Shown here one piece after another: positions 6,666 through 16,029 of a DNA stretch of 64,000 bases. Both the position numbers and the translations under genes were made by a program. The notes beneath the pieces were generated by a model that worked only from the letters and a program-made list of their open reading frames with translations, was not told the origin of the DNA and did no database searches. The stretch comes from an uncultured Chloroflexia bacterium (GTDB taxonomy: Bacteria; Chloroflexota; Limnocylindria; Limnocylindrales; CSP1-4), in the NCBI GenBank assembly GCA_963741915.1, contig CAVUJW010000013.1:523791-587790 (forward strand), written 5' to 3'. Numbering within the stretch: the first letter of the stretch is position 1; each line of letters opens with the position of its first letter.

Positions 6666-9506
6666 ATGGCCGACGACCGACCCAGATCGCCCCTTACCGT
6701 TTCGCGAATCCTGCTTGCCTACGTGGTCCTCGCCGTGGCGTGGATTGCCCTCAGCGACCGCGTCGCAGGCTGGATGTTTCCCAGGACGGAGGACCTGGTC
6801 GTCGTCCAGACCGTCAAGGGCTGGGCGTTCGTCGCCACGACGTCGCTGCTCCTCGCCGGTCTCCTCGCGCGGTACGAGCACGAACGCGAGCGCGAGCGGG
6901 CAGCGGTGGCCCAGCGGGAGCGCATGTTCCGACTGCTCGCCGAGCGGGCACGGGACGTGATCTTCCGGTTCCGGGTCGCGCCCACGCCGGGGGTCGACTA
7001 CGTCAGCCGGGCGATCGAGACCTCGCTGGGCTACCCGATCGACGCGTTCTTCGGCGACCCCGCGTTCATCGCCGGGCTCGTCCACCCCGAGGACCAGCCG
7101 ATCTTCCCGATCGATGCCAGCTCTGTCCCGGATACCGCCCTCACCACCGCCCGCCTGCGGGCCGCCGACGGGACCTGGGTCCCGTTCGAGATCCACATCG
7201 GGCGCGCGCCGGTCGAGCCGGATGGCGTGGTCGCGATCGAGGGCGTGGCCCGCGACGTGACCGACCGGGTCCACGCGGATCAGGAGCTCAACCGGCTCAA
7301 CCGCATCCTCCGGACCCTGAGCGCCGCCAACCGGGCCCTGGTCAGGGCAGGCACCGAGCTGGACCTGCTCGAGACGACCTGCCGGGCGATCGTGGACGAA
7401 GGTGGGTTCCGCTTCGCCTGGGTCGGGCAGTTCGATTCGGCGTCGAGGCGTTCGCGTCCGGTGGCGCACGCGGGCTACGAGGTGGGCTACCTGGCCACCA
7501 GCCCGGCCGGGAACGGCGACGTGACGGGCGCCGGCGGTCCGGTCGGGACCGCCGTCCGGACAGGTCGTCCGGTGGTCAGCCGGGACATCGAACGCGACCC
7601 GGCGATGGCGCCCTGGCGAGCACAGGCACGCGAGCGCGGCTACGCGTCGATGGCCGCGCTGCCGCTGATTGGCCGGGCCGGGACCTCGGGCACGATCGCG
7701 ATCTACGCCGATGTGGTCGACGCCTTCGGTCCGGACGAGGTGGCCCTGCTCGAGGAGCTCGCCGCGGACCTGGCCTTCGGCCTCGACACGCTGCGCGACC
7801 GGGCGGCGCATGGGGCGCGCGAAGCCGATCGGCGGCGGCTCGCCACGGCCGTCGCCCAGTCGAGCGAGTCGATCGTGATCACCGACGCCGAGGCCAACAT
7901 CCAGTACGTCAACCCCGCGTTCGAGCGGCTGACCGGGTTCAGCCGCGACGAGGTCGTGGGCCGCAACCCGCGGGTCCTCAAGAGCGGGGTCCAGTCGAGC
8001 GGGTTCTACGCCGCGATGTGGCAGACCCTCGCAGCCGGCCGCCCATGGATCAGCGACATGGTCAACCGTCGCAAGGACGGGTCGCTGTTCACCGAGGAGG
8101 CGGTCATCTCGCCGGTCGTCGATGCGGCAGGCGAGATCACCGGGTACGTGGCGGTGAAGCGTGATGTCACCCGTGAGCGGGCCGCGGAGGTGCGGGCGAG
8201 GGCACAGACGCGCGAACGCGTCCTGATCTCGGATGCGCTCGCTGCCCTGCGACCCGAGAACAGCCCCGAGCAGACGGCGATGGCGATCTGCCAGCAGCTG
8301 TCGCGCCTGCCGGAGGCCACGGCCGCGTGGCTCCTGGTGTTCGACTCCGCCGGGCACGCGACCCTCCTCGCCGGCGTCGACGGCAACGGCATGGCGACCC
8401 CCCTGGAACGGGTCGGCGAGACGCGCACGGCAGAGCTGCTGGCCAGGGCGGAGACTGGTCCCTGGGTGGAGCGCCGACCGGACGACGCGGCCCTCGTCGC
8501 CCGGGCGAGCAGCGGTGGAACCCTCGTCCAGAACGTCGCCTACGCGCCGGTGCGGGTCGATGGGGACGTGGTCGGCCTGCTCGGCATCGGCTCGTCCGAC
8601 CTCGCCGGCACGATCAGCCTGACCGAGCGGCTGCCCGCGCTGGTCGAGTTCGCCGGGATCGCCGGCGCCGTCCTCGGGCCATCGATCTCCCGCCACGCCG
8701 AAACGGCAATCGCACGGGCCCGGATCCTCCGGGTCATCGAGGGGCGCGACTTCCGGCCGGTCTACCAGCCGATCGTCGATCTCGAGCGCCGTGACATCAG
8801 GGCCGCCGAGGCCCTCACCCGCTTCGCCGACGGGGTCCCGCCGGACGTCCGGTTCGAGGAGGCGGCACGCATCGGCCTCGGTCTCGAGCTCGAGGCCGCC
8901 ACGCTCGAGATGGCGTTGGACGTGGCGGCAACCCTGCCGGCGTCGGTCATCCTGAGCGTCAACGTCTCACCGACCTTCGTGCTCACCCCCGGGCGGCTGG
9001 CCGGGATCCTCGAGCGGCATCGCCGCGAGATCACGCTCGAGGTGACGGAACACGAAGCGATCGGGGACTACGGCGCGCTCCGGGCTGCCGTCGCCCAGCT
9101 GGGGGGCGGGGTCCGCCTGGCCGTGGACGACGCGGGGGCCGGCTTCGCGAGCATGCGCCACGTCCTGGAGCTGCGGCCGGCCATGGTCAAGATCGATCGG
9201 TCCCTGGTCGCCGGGATCGATCGCGACCCCGCCCGGCAGGCGCTGCTCGCCGGGTTCCGGCACCTCGCCGACTCCATCGGCTGCCAGCTGATCGCCGAGG
9301 GGATCGAGACGGAGCCCGAGCTGGCGGCCCTGCGCGACGCGGGCCTGACGCTGGGCCAGGGATTCCTGCTGGGCCGTCCGGCGCCGATCGGGGAGCTGCC
9401 CCTCGGGCCGCGCCAATCGCGCCCGGCCGGGGTGGGCGGCCGGACCGGCGCACGCGACGCAGGCGTCCTCGGCCAGCGAGCCTCGAGCTCGCGCCACCCG
9501 CGCTGA
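6666..9506 (+). CDS. membrane-anchored PAS-GAF-PAS-GAF-EAL protein (c-di-GMP phosphodiesterase), no GGDEF domain
   Basis: Uninterrupted ORF; ATG at 6666 (MADDRPRS). It has two N-terminal TM spans, PAS signatures (SIVITDAEANIQYVNPAFERLTGFSRDEVVGRNPRVL) and GAF-like blocks. The EAL domain has a full catalytic set (EALTRF, SVNVS, EVTEHE, AVDDAGAG, VKIDRS, IAEGIET, GQGF). Confidence 0.85.
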   Translation: MADDRPRSPLTVSRILLAYVVLAVAWIALSDRVAGWMFPRTEDLVVVQTVKGWAFVATTSLLLAGLLARYEHERERERAAVAQRERMFRLLAERARDVIFRFRVAPTPGVDYVSRAIETSLGYPIDAFFGDPAFIAGLVHPEDQPIFPIDASSVPDTALTTARLRAADGTWVPFEIHIGRAPVEPDGVVAIEGVARDVTDRVHADQELNRLNRILRTLSAANRALVRAGTELDLLETTCRAIVDEGGFRFAWVGQFDSASRRSRPVAHAGYEVGYLATSPAGNGDVTGAGGPVGTAVRTGRPVVSRDIERDPAMAPWRAQARERGYASMAALPLIGRAGTSGTIAIYADVVDAFGPDEVALLEELAADLAFGLDTLRDRAAHGAREADRRRLATAVAQSSESIVITDAEANIQYVNPAFERLTGFSRDEVVGRNPRVLKSGVQSSGFYAAMWQTLAAGRPWISDMVNRRKDGSLFTEEAVISPVVDAAGEITGYVAVKRDVTRERAAEVRARAQTRERVLISDALAALRPENSPEQTAMAICQQLSRLPEATAAWLLVFDSAGHATLLAGVDGNGMATPLERVGETRTAELLARAETGPWVERRPDDAALVARASSGGTLVQNVAYAPVRVDGDVVGLLGIGSSDLAGTISLTERLPALVEFAGIAGAVLGPSISRHAETAIARARILRVIEGRDFRPVYQPIVDLERRDIRAAEALTRFADGVPPDVRFEEAARIGLGLELEAATLEMALDVAATLPASVILSVNVSPTFVLTPGRLAGILERHRREITLEVTEHEAIGDYGALRAAVAQLGGGVRLAVDDAGAGFASMRHVLELRPAMVKIDRSLVAGIDRDPARQALLAGFRHLADSIGCQLIAEGIETEPELAALRDAGLTLGQGFLLGRPAPIGELPLGPRQSRPAGVGGRTGARDAGVLGQRASSSRHPR

Positions 9507-9692
9507 CCCGCGGCAGGGCGGTTCCTGAGACGGTGCTCCGGCACCCGGATTGACCCCCGCGTCGGGGTCCTAGTACCTTCGCCCCATCCACCGTTTCCGG
9601 CGATGGATCGCCGTTCCGGCTCCTCCGACTGCTGCAGGCACCGGGGCCCGGCGCCGGACCGCGTTCGACTCGCCCCACAGGAAGGATGTCGG

Positions 9693-10583
9693 ATGAAGCG
9701 CCTGCTCCTGAGCCTGGCGGCTGCCGGGTCGATCATCGCGCTCACCGCGATGCCGGCCGCGGCGATCACCAAGAACTACCGTCCCGACCCCGACCACACG
9801 TTCGTGGGCCTGATCGCCTTCTACGATGCCAGCGGCGAGTTCCAGCACCGCTGCACGGGCGAGCTCCTCGCCCCCACGGTTGTCCTGACCGCCGGCCACT
9901 GCACCGACAACGAGCAGGGCGGGGTCGAGGACAACGCGCGGATCTGGTTCCAGCAGGATGCCGGCGCGAACTACGACCCGGCGACCGAGCACGACCCAGT
10001 GACCGGGTACCCCGACGAGTGCGCGGCGGGCACCCTGGGCACGCTGTGCGCCGAGTCGCACCAGATGTACAACTACGGCTTCGACAACTTCGCGGGCTTT
10101 CCCAACATCCACGACGTGGGCATCGTGATCCTTGACCAGCCGATCAACGGGCTCGGGTTCGCCTCGCTTGCCGGTGACGGCACGCTCAGCTCGCTCGATC
10201 GGGCGAAGGGCATCCAGGACACGACCTTCCGGGTGTCCGGCTACGGCATCAGCCATTCGGCGCACAAGGGCGCCGTGGCCCTGTCCTTCCGCGTCCGCCT
10301 GCAGGCCGACGAGACCCTCGTCAACACGGTCGGCGGGAATAACGGCGGCTACAACATCCAGCTCAACGGCAACGGAGACGACCGCGGCGGCACCTGCAGC
10401 GGCGACTCCGGTGGGCCCGTCTTCTGGCCGTCGAGCTCCAACCAGGTCGTCGCGGTGACCTCGTTCGGCCTCAACCTCACCTGCCGGGGCGACGGCTTCT
10501 ACTACCGCACCGACCGCCAGGTCGTCATCGACTGGATCCTGGACAAGGCCGGCAGCGCCGCCAGCGAGATCACCGTCAACTGA
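9693..10583 (+). CDS. secreted trypsin-like serine protease (S1 family)
   Basis: ATG at 9693 follows the RBS aggaagga. Signal peptide MKRLLLSLAAAGSIIALTAMPAAA. Catalytic triad contexts are TAGHC, HDVGIVIL and CSGDSGGP. Confidence 0.85.
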   Translation: MKRLLLSLAAAGSIIALTAMPAAAITKNYRPDPDHTFVGLIAFYDASGEFQHRCTGELLAPTVVLTAGHCTDNEQGGVEDNARIWFQQDAGANYDPATEHDPVTGYPDECAAGTLGTLCAESHQMYNYGFDNFAGFPNIHDVGIVILDQPINGLGFASLAGDGTLSSLDRAKGIQDTTFRVSGYGISHSAHKGAVALSFRVRLQADETLVNTVGGNNGGYNIQLNGNGDDRGGTCSGDSGGPVFWPSSSNQVVAVTSFGLNLTCRGDGFYYRTDRQVVIDWILDKAGSAASEITVN

Positions 10584-10608
10584 TCTGCCCGCGTCTGTCG
10601 CGAGCTGA

Positions 10609-10635
10609 GAAGCCCCGGCCAACGGCCGGGGCTTC
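10609..10635. terminator. GC-rich hairpin between convergent genes (possible bidirectional terminator)
   Basis: GAAGCCCCGGCC-AAC-GGCCGGGGCTTC is a perfect 12-bp stem. It lies 26 nt after the protease stop and 2 nt after the stop of the minus-strand peptidase gene. There is no U-tract. Confidence 0.4.
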
Positions 10636-10637
10636 GA

Positions 10638-11702
10638 CTATCGCCGACGGCGCGCCACCCGCCCGGCCTGGAGCGCGATGACGGCAGCGACGACCGCAAC
10701 GCCGACCAGGACGGCGAGGCCGGCGTCGAAGTCGAGCCCGGGCGGGTCGCGGACGACCACGCCGGACGCGGCAGGCGGCGTGGGTGCCGCAGTCGGGACC
10801 GCGGTCGCGGGCGCTGCGAGGGCGATCTCGCCAGGGACGGACGGCGGGGCGGGCGGCGTGGCGTCCGACGCGGCCTCCGTCGCGGGGTCGGTCGCCACCG
10901 CCGTGGGGCTGGCGGGTGCGGGCGAGGCCGTGCTCCCCGGAGCCGCGGGGGTCGGCCTGGGCGTCGCGGCGGGGGGCGCCCTCCGCGGGGCGACCGGCTG
11001 GATGGAGACCCAAGAGCCCTCCCAGGCCATCCGGATGCCCGCGTAGTGCCAGCGCGTGAAGAACCCCCGTAGCTGCCCGGGCGTCAGCCTGGTGTCGGGC
11101 CGCATGTCGTAGCCGTAGCTCCGGCTCTGGAGACCCCACAGGGGACCGGTGACGCGGACGCTCGTGACGGTGAACCGGTTCGTGACGGCGGGGTCGGCCG
11201 TGGCCGTGAACCCGGTCAGCACCCACGCGTGGTTGCCATGCGAGACGGTGATCCCGACCGGTAGGTTCGTGCGCCGCAGGTTCCGGACCGCTGAGCGCAG
11301 CGCGGCGTTGAAGCTGTCGCTCACCACCAGGCGATAGCGCGAATCGACGAACCGCTGAAGGCCGGCCGCCCAGCCGGCCGGGTCGACCCCGTCGCTGACC
11401 GGGATGTCGTACCGGTTGTGCCTCCGCATGTCGTCGAAGTAGCGCTGCTGGCTGGCCCTCGAGTGGTCGCGCCGGTGATGAACGATGTTGCGCATGATCT
11501 GGGCGTCGGCGGCCGTGCACCACAGCCACGTCTGCTGGGTGGTGAACGTACCCGCCCGGTAGAGGTCGATCCCGCCCGTCCATCGCGGCAGCGCGGCAGC
11601 CTCGGCGCCGCGCGGACCGGCCAGGCCGGCGATGGCGGTCAGGGCCAGGGCGATCGCGAGCGCGGCCCGGACCAGCGGCGCGAGGTGGGGACGGCGTGCC
11701 AT
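10638..11702 (-). CDS. secreted papain-fold (C39-like) cysteine peptidase with Pro/Ala/Thr-rich linker and C-terminal TM anchor
   Basis: Signal peptide. The QQTWLWCTAADAQIM (Gln/Cys) and SHGNHAWVLTGF (His) contexts are typical of C39-like peptidases. A long PAPT-rich spacer follows, then LAVLVGVAVVAAVIAL-RRRR. Confidence 0.55.
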   Translation of the reverse strand: MARRPHLAPLVRAALAIALALTAIAGLAGPRGAEAAALPRWTGGIDLYRAGTFTTQQTWLWCTAADAQIMRNIVHHRRDHSRASQQRYFDDMRRHNRYDIPVSDGVDPAGWAAGLQRFVDSRYRLVVSDSFNAALRSAVRNLRRTNLPVGITVSHGNHAWVLTGFTATADPAVTNRFTVTSVRVTGPLWGLQSRSYGYDMRPDTRLTPGQLRGFFTRWHYAGIRMAWEGSWVSIQPVAPRRAPPAATPRPTPAAPGSTASPAPASPTAVATDPATEAASDATPPAPPSVPGEIALAAPATAVPTAAPTPPAASGVVVRDPPGLDFDAGLAVLVGVAVVAAVIALQAGRVARRRR

Positions 11703-12149
11703 CGCCCTATCCTGCTATCGCTTGCCGAATCGTGCCCGGAAGCCGCCGCGCCGATGAAAGCACCGGGCACAGGCGTGCCGGGCGAGCGGAGCACCGGGCT
11801 CGTCACCGGACTGGCCGCCGGCGGGCCGCCCCGGGCCGTCCCGGCCGCTCCCGGCCGCCGACCCGGACCAGTCGCCCAGGCTGCGCACCTCATGTGCATC
11901 CGTGGCCCTTGATCGGCCCCAAAGTGCGCGCCGGCCGCCATCGATCCGTCGATGCGCGCCCCAAGTGCAGCAGGGACTGCAACGCGTGCCCCCTGCGGGC
12001 CAAACGCGCTCGCTCCGCAGGAAATGCACTTGAGGTGATCACCTGGCCCGCGAGGCAGCCAGGTGCCGGCCGCCTGCGGGGCGGGCACCTTCCGATGCCG
12101 AGCGGCACCGACGCCGAGCGGCACCGACGACGCGGGGTGTCGCAGGCAC

Positions 12150-12225
12150 CGACGCAGGGGCCGGCCCGCCCGACGCAGGGGCCGGCCCGCCCGACGCAGA
12201 GGCCGGCCCGCCCGACGCAGAGGCC
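12150..12225. repeat. 21-bp tandem repeat, about 3.6 copies (cgacgca[g/a]gggccggcccgcc)
   Basis: Copies start at 12150, 12171, 12192 and 12213 (the last partial). The array lies immediately 3' of the minus-strand VOC gene, at the end of a ~525-bp stretch (11703-12228) with no credible ORF. Confidence 0.7.
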
Positions 12226-12228
12226 GGG

Positions 12229-12494
12229 TCAGCGCTCCGGCTCGAGCTCCTCGAACAGCGTCAGCTGCAGCCCGCCGGGCGCATCGACGCGCGCGTTGAG
12301 CGACCCCCACGGTGTCACGCCGGTGCCGCGAGCAGGACTGCCCCCGCCTCGACCAAAGCCGCCGTGGCACCGGCCGCGTCGGCAACCTTGAACGCCACCC
12401 GGATGTGGCCCGCCACGCGCCGGCCCACCTCCAGGGGGTCGATGTGCTCCGCGTGCGGGACGTCGGACCGCTCGAGCGTCCACACGCCGGGCAT
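12229..12494 (-). pseudogene. short VOC/glyoxalase-family protein; one apparent frameshift near 12320
   Basis: ATG at 12494 follows the RBS ggaggag. MPGVWTLERSDV...HIRVAFKVADAAGATAALVEAGAVLLAAP is in one frame and VTPWGSLNARVDAPGGLQLTLFEELEPER in another. The junction is ccggcg where ccgggcg would restore the frame. Confidence 0.5.
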
Positions 12495-12636
12495 CGCATC
12501 TCCTCCGGATGCAGGCGGACCCGGAAGCGGTTCCGTCGCCTCCGGGTCCTCGCCCGTCATCCGTGGCTACGAACGGCGGGTTGCGGCCAGCCTAGCACCG
12601 GCACTGCTGCCGATCGGGCGGCCCGCCGCCGGGACC

Positions 12637-13271
12637 TCAGACGGCGACGCCCGCCCGCAGCCCCTCGAGCACGGCCTCCTCGATCGTCCGCGGTGACAGC
12701 ACGTCGCCGACGGCATGCACCTCGAACCCGGCCCCGGCGGCGGCCGCGGCCTCGAGCTCGACCAGCAGGCCGCACCGCGGTCCCGTCGGCCCCGAACAGG
12801 CGCAGGTTGGCCGGATGTCGACGCGGGCCCGGCGGGTCGTCGCGGTCATGGTGCCGCGCACGTACTGCTGGATCCGCTGCCCGGCGACAGGCGTCGCGAG
12901 CCCGAGCCCCACCCAGTCGGACCGGAAGTCAGCCACCACCACGTGGCCGTCGGGCAGAGAGGTGCCCCGGATCACGTCCCAGCCCTGGACGATCCTCGGT
13001 GTCCATGATCTCGCGGCCGCCGTGGAACAGCTGCCCCAAGATCGTCGCGCCGTTGACATGGGCGACCTCCGCCGGGTGACGGAACCCGGGGATGCACGCA
13101 TCGTCGTCGGCGGTCCGTCACGAGGCCGTGATCGGCCATGACGGTGTCGTGTCCCGACGAGACGATCCGGTTGCGCAGGGTCGCCGACCCGACCCGGAGC
13201 GGGGCGAACAGGAGCGGGAACGCTGGCCCCCGGTCGGCGGCGGTGCCGCCCTGGCTCGCAGTCGGATCCAT
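12637..13271 (-). pseudogene. remnant of an OYE-type NADH:flavin oxidoreductase / 2,4-dienoyl-CoA-reductase-like gene (internal deletions plus frameshifts)
   Basis: The N-terminus (LFAPLRVGSATLRNRIVSSGHDTVMADHGLVTD), then DDACIPGFRHPAEVAHVNGATILGQLFHGGREI in another frame, then directly the C-terminal end (HVVVADFRSDWVGLGLA...FEVHAVGDVLSPRTIEEAVLEGLRAG). About 630 bp remains of a gene that is normally about 2 kb. Confidence 0.65.
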
Positions 13272-13426
13272 GTCGCGCCGCATGGCGCCGGCGACGGCCG
13301 GGCGGTGCGGCCGTCGCGCGGGACGGTCGCGCGGGACGGTTGGCCCGGGCCCGGCGGGGACCGGACCCCCGGCTCCCGGGCGGAGGCCGGACCTCCGCGG
13401 AGGGCCTCGCCTGCTATCGTGCGGCC

Positions 13427-14226
13427 ATGGACCCCGAGCCGAACGTCGCGCTGACATCGCCGGCCGGAGGGCCGCCGGCGGTGCTGGCTGCGCACTGGCT
13501 CGGCAGGGTCGGCTATCGTGATGCGTGGGATCTCCAGAAGCGGCTTGCCGCGCGCGCGCGGCGGGACGGATCGACGACCAGCTGCTGCTCCTCGAGCACC
13601 CCGCGGTGCTGACGCTCGGTCGACAGGCCGACGAAGGCCACGTGATCGCGCCGCCGGCGCTGCTGGAGGCGCGCGGCATCGAGGTGCGTGCGGGTCGAGC
13701 GCGGCGGTGAGGTGACCTATCACGGCCCGGGCCAGCTCGTGGCGTACCCGATCGTGCGGCTGGCGGACCGCGGGATCCTGCTCCGGCCGTTCGTCCGTGC
13801 CCTCGAGGCCGCGCTCGCCGAGACCTGCCGCGCGTTCGGGGTCGAAGCCGGAGCGCGTGACGGTCACCCCGGCTGCTGGGTGGACGCGACGGGCCGCTGC
13901 CGCGCAAGATCGGCGCGCTCGGCGTGCGCGTCGAGCGGGGGGTCGCCTACCACGGGGTCGCCCTCAACGTCAGCGTCGACGCTCGCCGACTTCGGGCTGA
14001 TCGACCCCTGCGGGATGCCCGGGCTCACCTCGGCGTCGATCGCCCCGAGCTCGGCCGCCGCGACGAGGTCCACGACGGCCAGCGTCGCCCGCGCGGCCGC
14101 GACGCTCGCACCCGCCCTGGCGCGGCAGCTCGGCGCGGCACTCGTCGGCCGTCTGCCGCCGGAGGCGGATGCCGGCGGTCGAGCGCGCAGGCGCTGGAAC
14201 GGCTCGTGGCTGCGGCGGCAGCCTGA
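13427..14226 (+). pseudogene. lipB: lipoyl(octanoyl) transferase LipB; at least 4 apparent frameshifts
   Basis: Segments in alternating frames: HWLGRVGYRDAWDLQKRLAA / IDDQLLLLEHPAVLTLGRQADEGHV / VERGGEVTYHGPGQLVAYPIVRL...GHPGCWVD / RKIGALGVRVERGVAYHGVALNVSVD / LADFGLIDPCGMPGLTS. Confidence 0.75.
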
Positions 14227-14243
14227 CGGGATCGGGGGAGCGG

Positions 14244-15251
14244 ATGAGCCAGGGCCTGTTCGAGCTCCGGAAGGACGCGATCACCGGCTGGTGGGTGGCG
14301 ACGATCGTCGACCGCACGTTCGCCCGGGAGCGGTTCGCGCTGGCCGCTGCCCCGATCGACGACCGCGGCGACTGCTTCAACTGCCGGATCCCGGCCGGGC
14401 GACGGGATCCGCCTGCGCACCCTCAAGGAGTTCGCGTTCACGGTCGCCGGGACCGAGGAGGAGGCGCACGCGAGGGAAGGCACGGTCGCCCAGGTGACCC
14501 TGGCCGACGCGAAGGCCGCCGGCGCCTGGCGTACGGTCGTCGCGCCGCCGGGCGAGCACCGTCCGCTCCACGCGGTCGGCAGCGCCATCATCGAGGGCCT
14601 GCTCCAGCGCTGCCGCGACGAGATCGTCGGCCGCCCGGCGCGCCGAGCGCACCAGCATCTCCAGGTCGTCCAGAACTGGGGCGCGCAGGCGGGCGCCCGG
14701 ACCAACCACCTGTGCCTCGACCTGTACGACCTGCCCCAGATCCCGCATCGAGTCGGGCGAGGAGCTGGGGGGCGCGGCGCGGTTCCTGATCCGCGAGGGC
14801 GAGTGCCCGTATTGCCGCTATGTCCGCGAGGAGGTCCGGCGGCCCGATCAGCTGCTGTACGCCGACGACCACGCGGTCGCGTTCGCGCCGTACGCCTCGC
14901 GCTCGCCGTTCGAGGTCTGGGTGGTGCCCCGGCGCCACGACGCGGACTTCGCGCGGGCGCCTCGGACGCGGACATCGCCGCCGCCGCCGAGGCGCTGCGA
15001 CAGGTGCTCGGCCGTCTCGCCACGAGCCTCGACGGCCCGCCCTACAACCTCGTCCTCCACACGGCCCCGCTGCACGAGCAGGTGGACGCGACCTACCACT
15101 GGCACTGGGAGATCCACCCCCGGCTTCGCGAGATCGCGGGCCTCGAGCTGGGGACCGGCCTGCCGGTCAACCCGGTGTCGCCGGAGGACGCCGTCGAGGA
15201 GCTCCGTTCGGGCTGGTCGCCGGGCCACTGCCGGAGCACCCCACACGATGA
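14244..15251 (+). pseudogene. galT: galactose-1-phosphate uridylyltransferase-like (GalT/HIT superfamily) protein; about 4 apparent frameshifts, 3' end uncertain
   Basis: MSQGLFELRKDAITGWWVATIVDR... / HLQVVQNWGAQAGARTNHLCLDLYDLPQIPHRV / ECPYCRYV...VWVVPRRHDADFARA / YNLVLHTAPLHEQVDATYHWHWEIHPRLREIAGLELGTGLPVNPVSPEDA are spread over three frames. The S/P/A-rich tail to 15423 looks non-coding. Confidence 0.6.
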
Positions 15252-15419
15252 GGCGCGCGGGGGGCAGCCGTGCGTCACACGTGCGTCGGAGCGTCCCGTC
15301 TCAGCAAGTTGGAGCGCCTCGCTCCCGATCGGCGCGCCCGCCCGATCTCCAGCACCGGAGCCCCCGTGGTCGCAGATCCAGCCCAGCTCGAGCGCCGCCT
15401 TCTCCCCGTGGGGCTCTCC

Positions 15420-16029
15420 GTGAGCTCCGGGCTGGGACCGCGACGAGGCGTACCGGTTCGTCGAGGGCCTGTTCGCCAGGCACCAGCGCGAGATCTTCGC
15501 CTACCTGTTCCGGATGCTCCGCGACGCCGAGCTCGCCGCCGATCTCACCCAGGACGCGTTCGTCAAGGCGTATCGCGCGTACGACTCGCTCGAGAAGCCC
15601 GAGAACGCGCGGGCCTGGCTGTACCAGATCGCGCACCGCGTCGCGCTGGACGACCTGCGTCGTCGCAAGATCGTCCGCTTCGTGCCCCTCGTGGGCGAGG
15701 GCCGACGCACGGCGCCGTCGGCCGAGCACCTCGTGATGGAAGCGCGCCTGTCGGGCGAGATCCAACGGGCGCTGGAGCGGATCCCGGAGCGCCAGCGCGC
15801 GGCATTGCTGCTCGCGGAGCTGCACGACCTCACGGGGCTCGAGCTCGCCGCGGCGCTCGGCGTGTCCCACGTCGCGGCGCGTGCGCTGCTGACCCGGGCC
15901 CGCGAGAACCTGCGGCAGGCGCTGGCGGCCGAGCGCCAGGCCGTCGTCGAGGCCGAGCTGGCCGCCGAGGGCGCGCGCGAGGAGCGCGAGGCGGCCGCGA
16001 ACCGTCGCCATCTCGGGCGTCGACCGTGA
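15420..16029 (+). CDS. ECF-type sigma-70 factor (start region needs one frame change)
   Basis: ORF 15514..16029 plus the in-frame upstream DEAYRFVEGLFARHQREIFAYLFRML (region 2.1). Regions 2 and 4 motifs are DLTQDAFVKAY and ERQRAALLLAELHDLTGLELAAALGVSHVAARALLTRAR. The only nearby start is GTG at 15420, in another frame. Confidence 0.75.

Noticed and set aside
9540-9580. Promoter-like TTGACC ... TAGTAC upstream of the S1 protease gene
   Set aside because: The spacer is only about 15 nt and the -10 is weak. There is no supporting conservation, so it is too speculative.
11696-12391. 231-aa plus-strand ORF containing RPARPTQ repeats
   Set aside because: The repeats are simply the translation of the 21-bp tandem DNA repeat. 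The remainder is Arg/Pro-rich, has no RBS, and overlaps the VOC gene on the other strand.
15252-15423. C-terminal S/P/A-rich extension of the galT-like frame, ending in a GTGA overlap with a candidate sigma start
   Set aside because: The composition is non-protein-like and homology ends near PVNPVSPEDAVEELR. I kept it only as an uncertainty on the galT 3' end and the sigma start.
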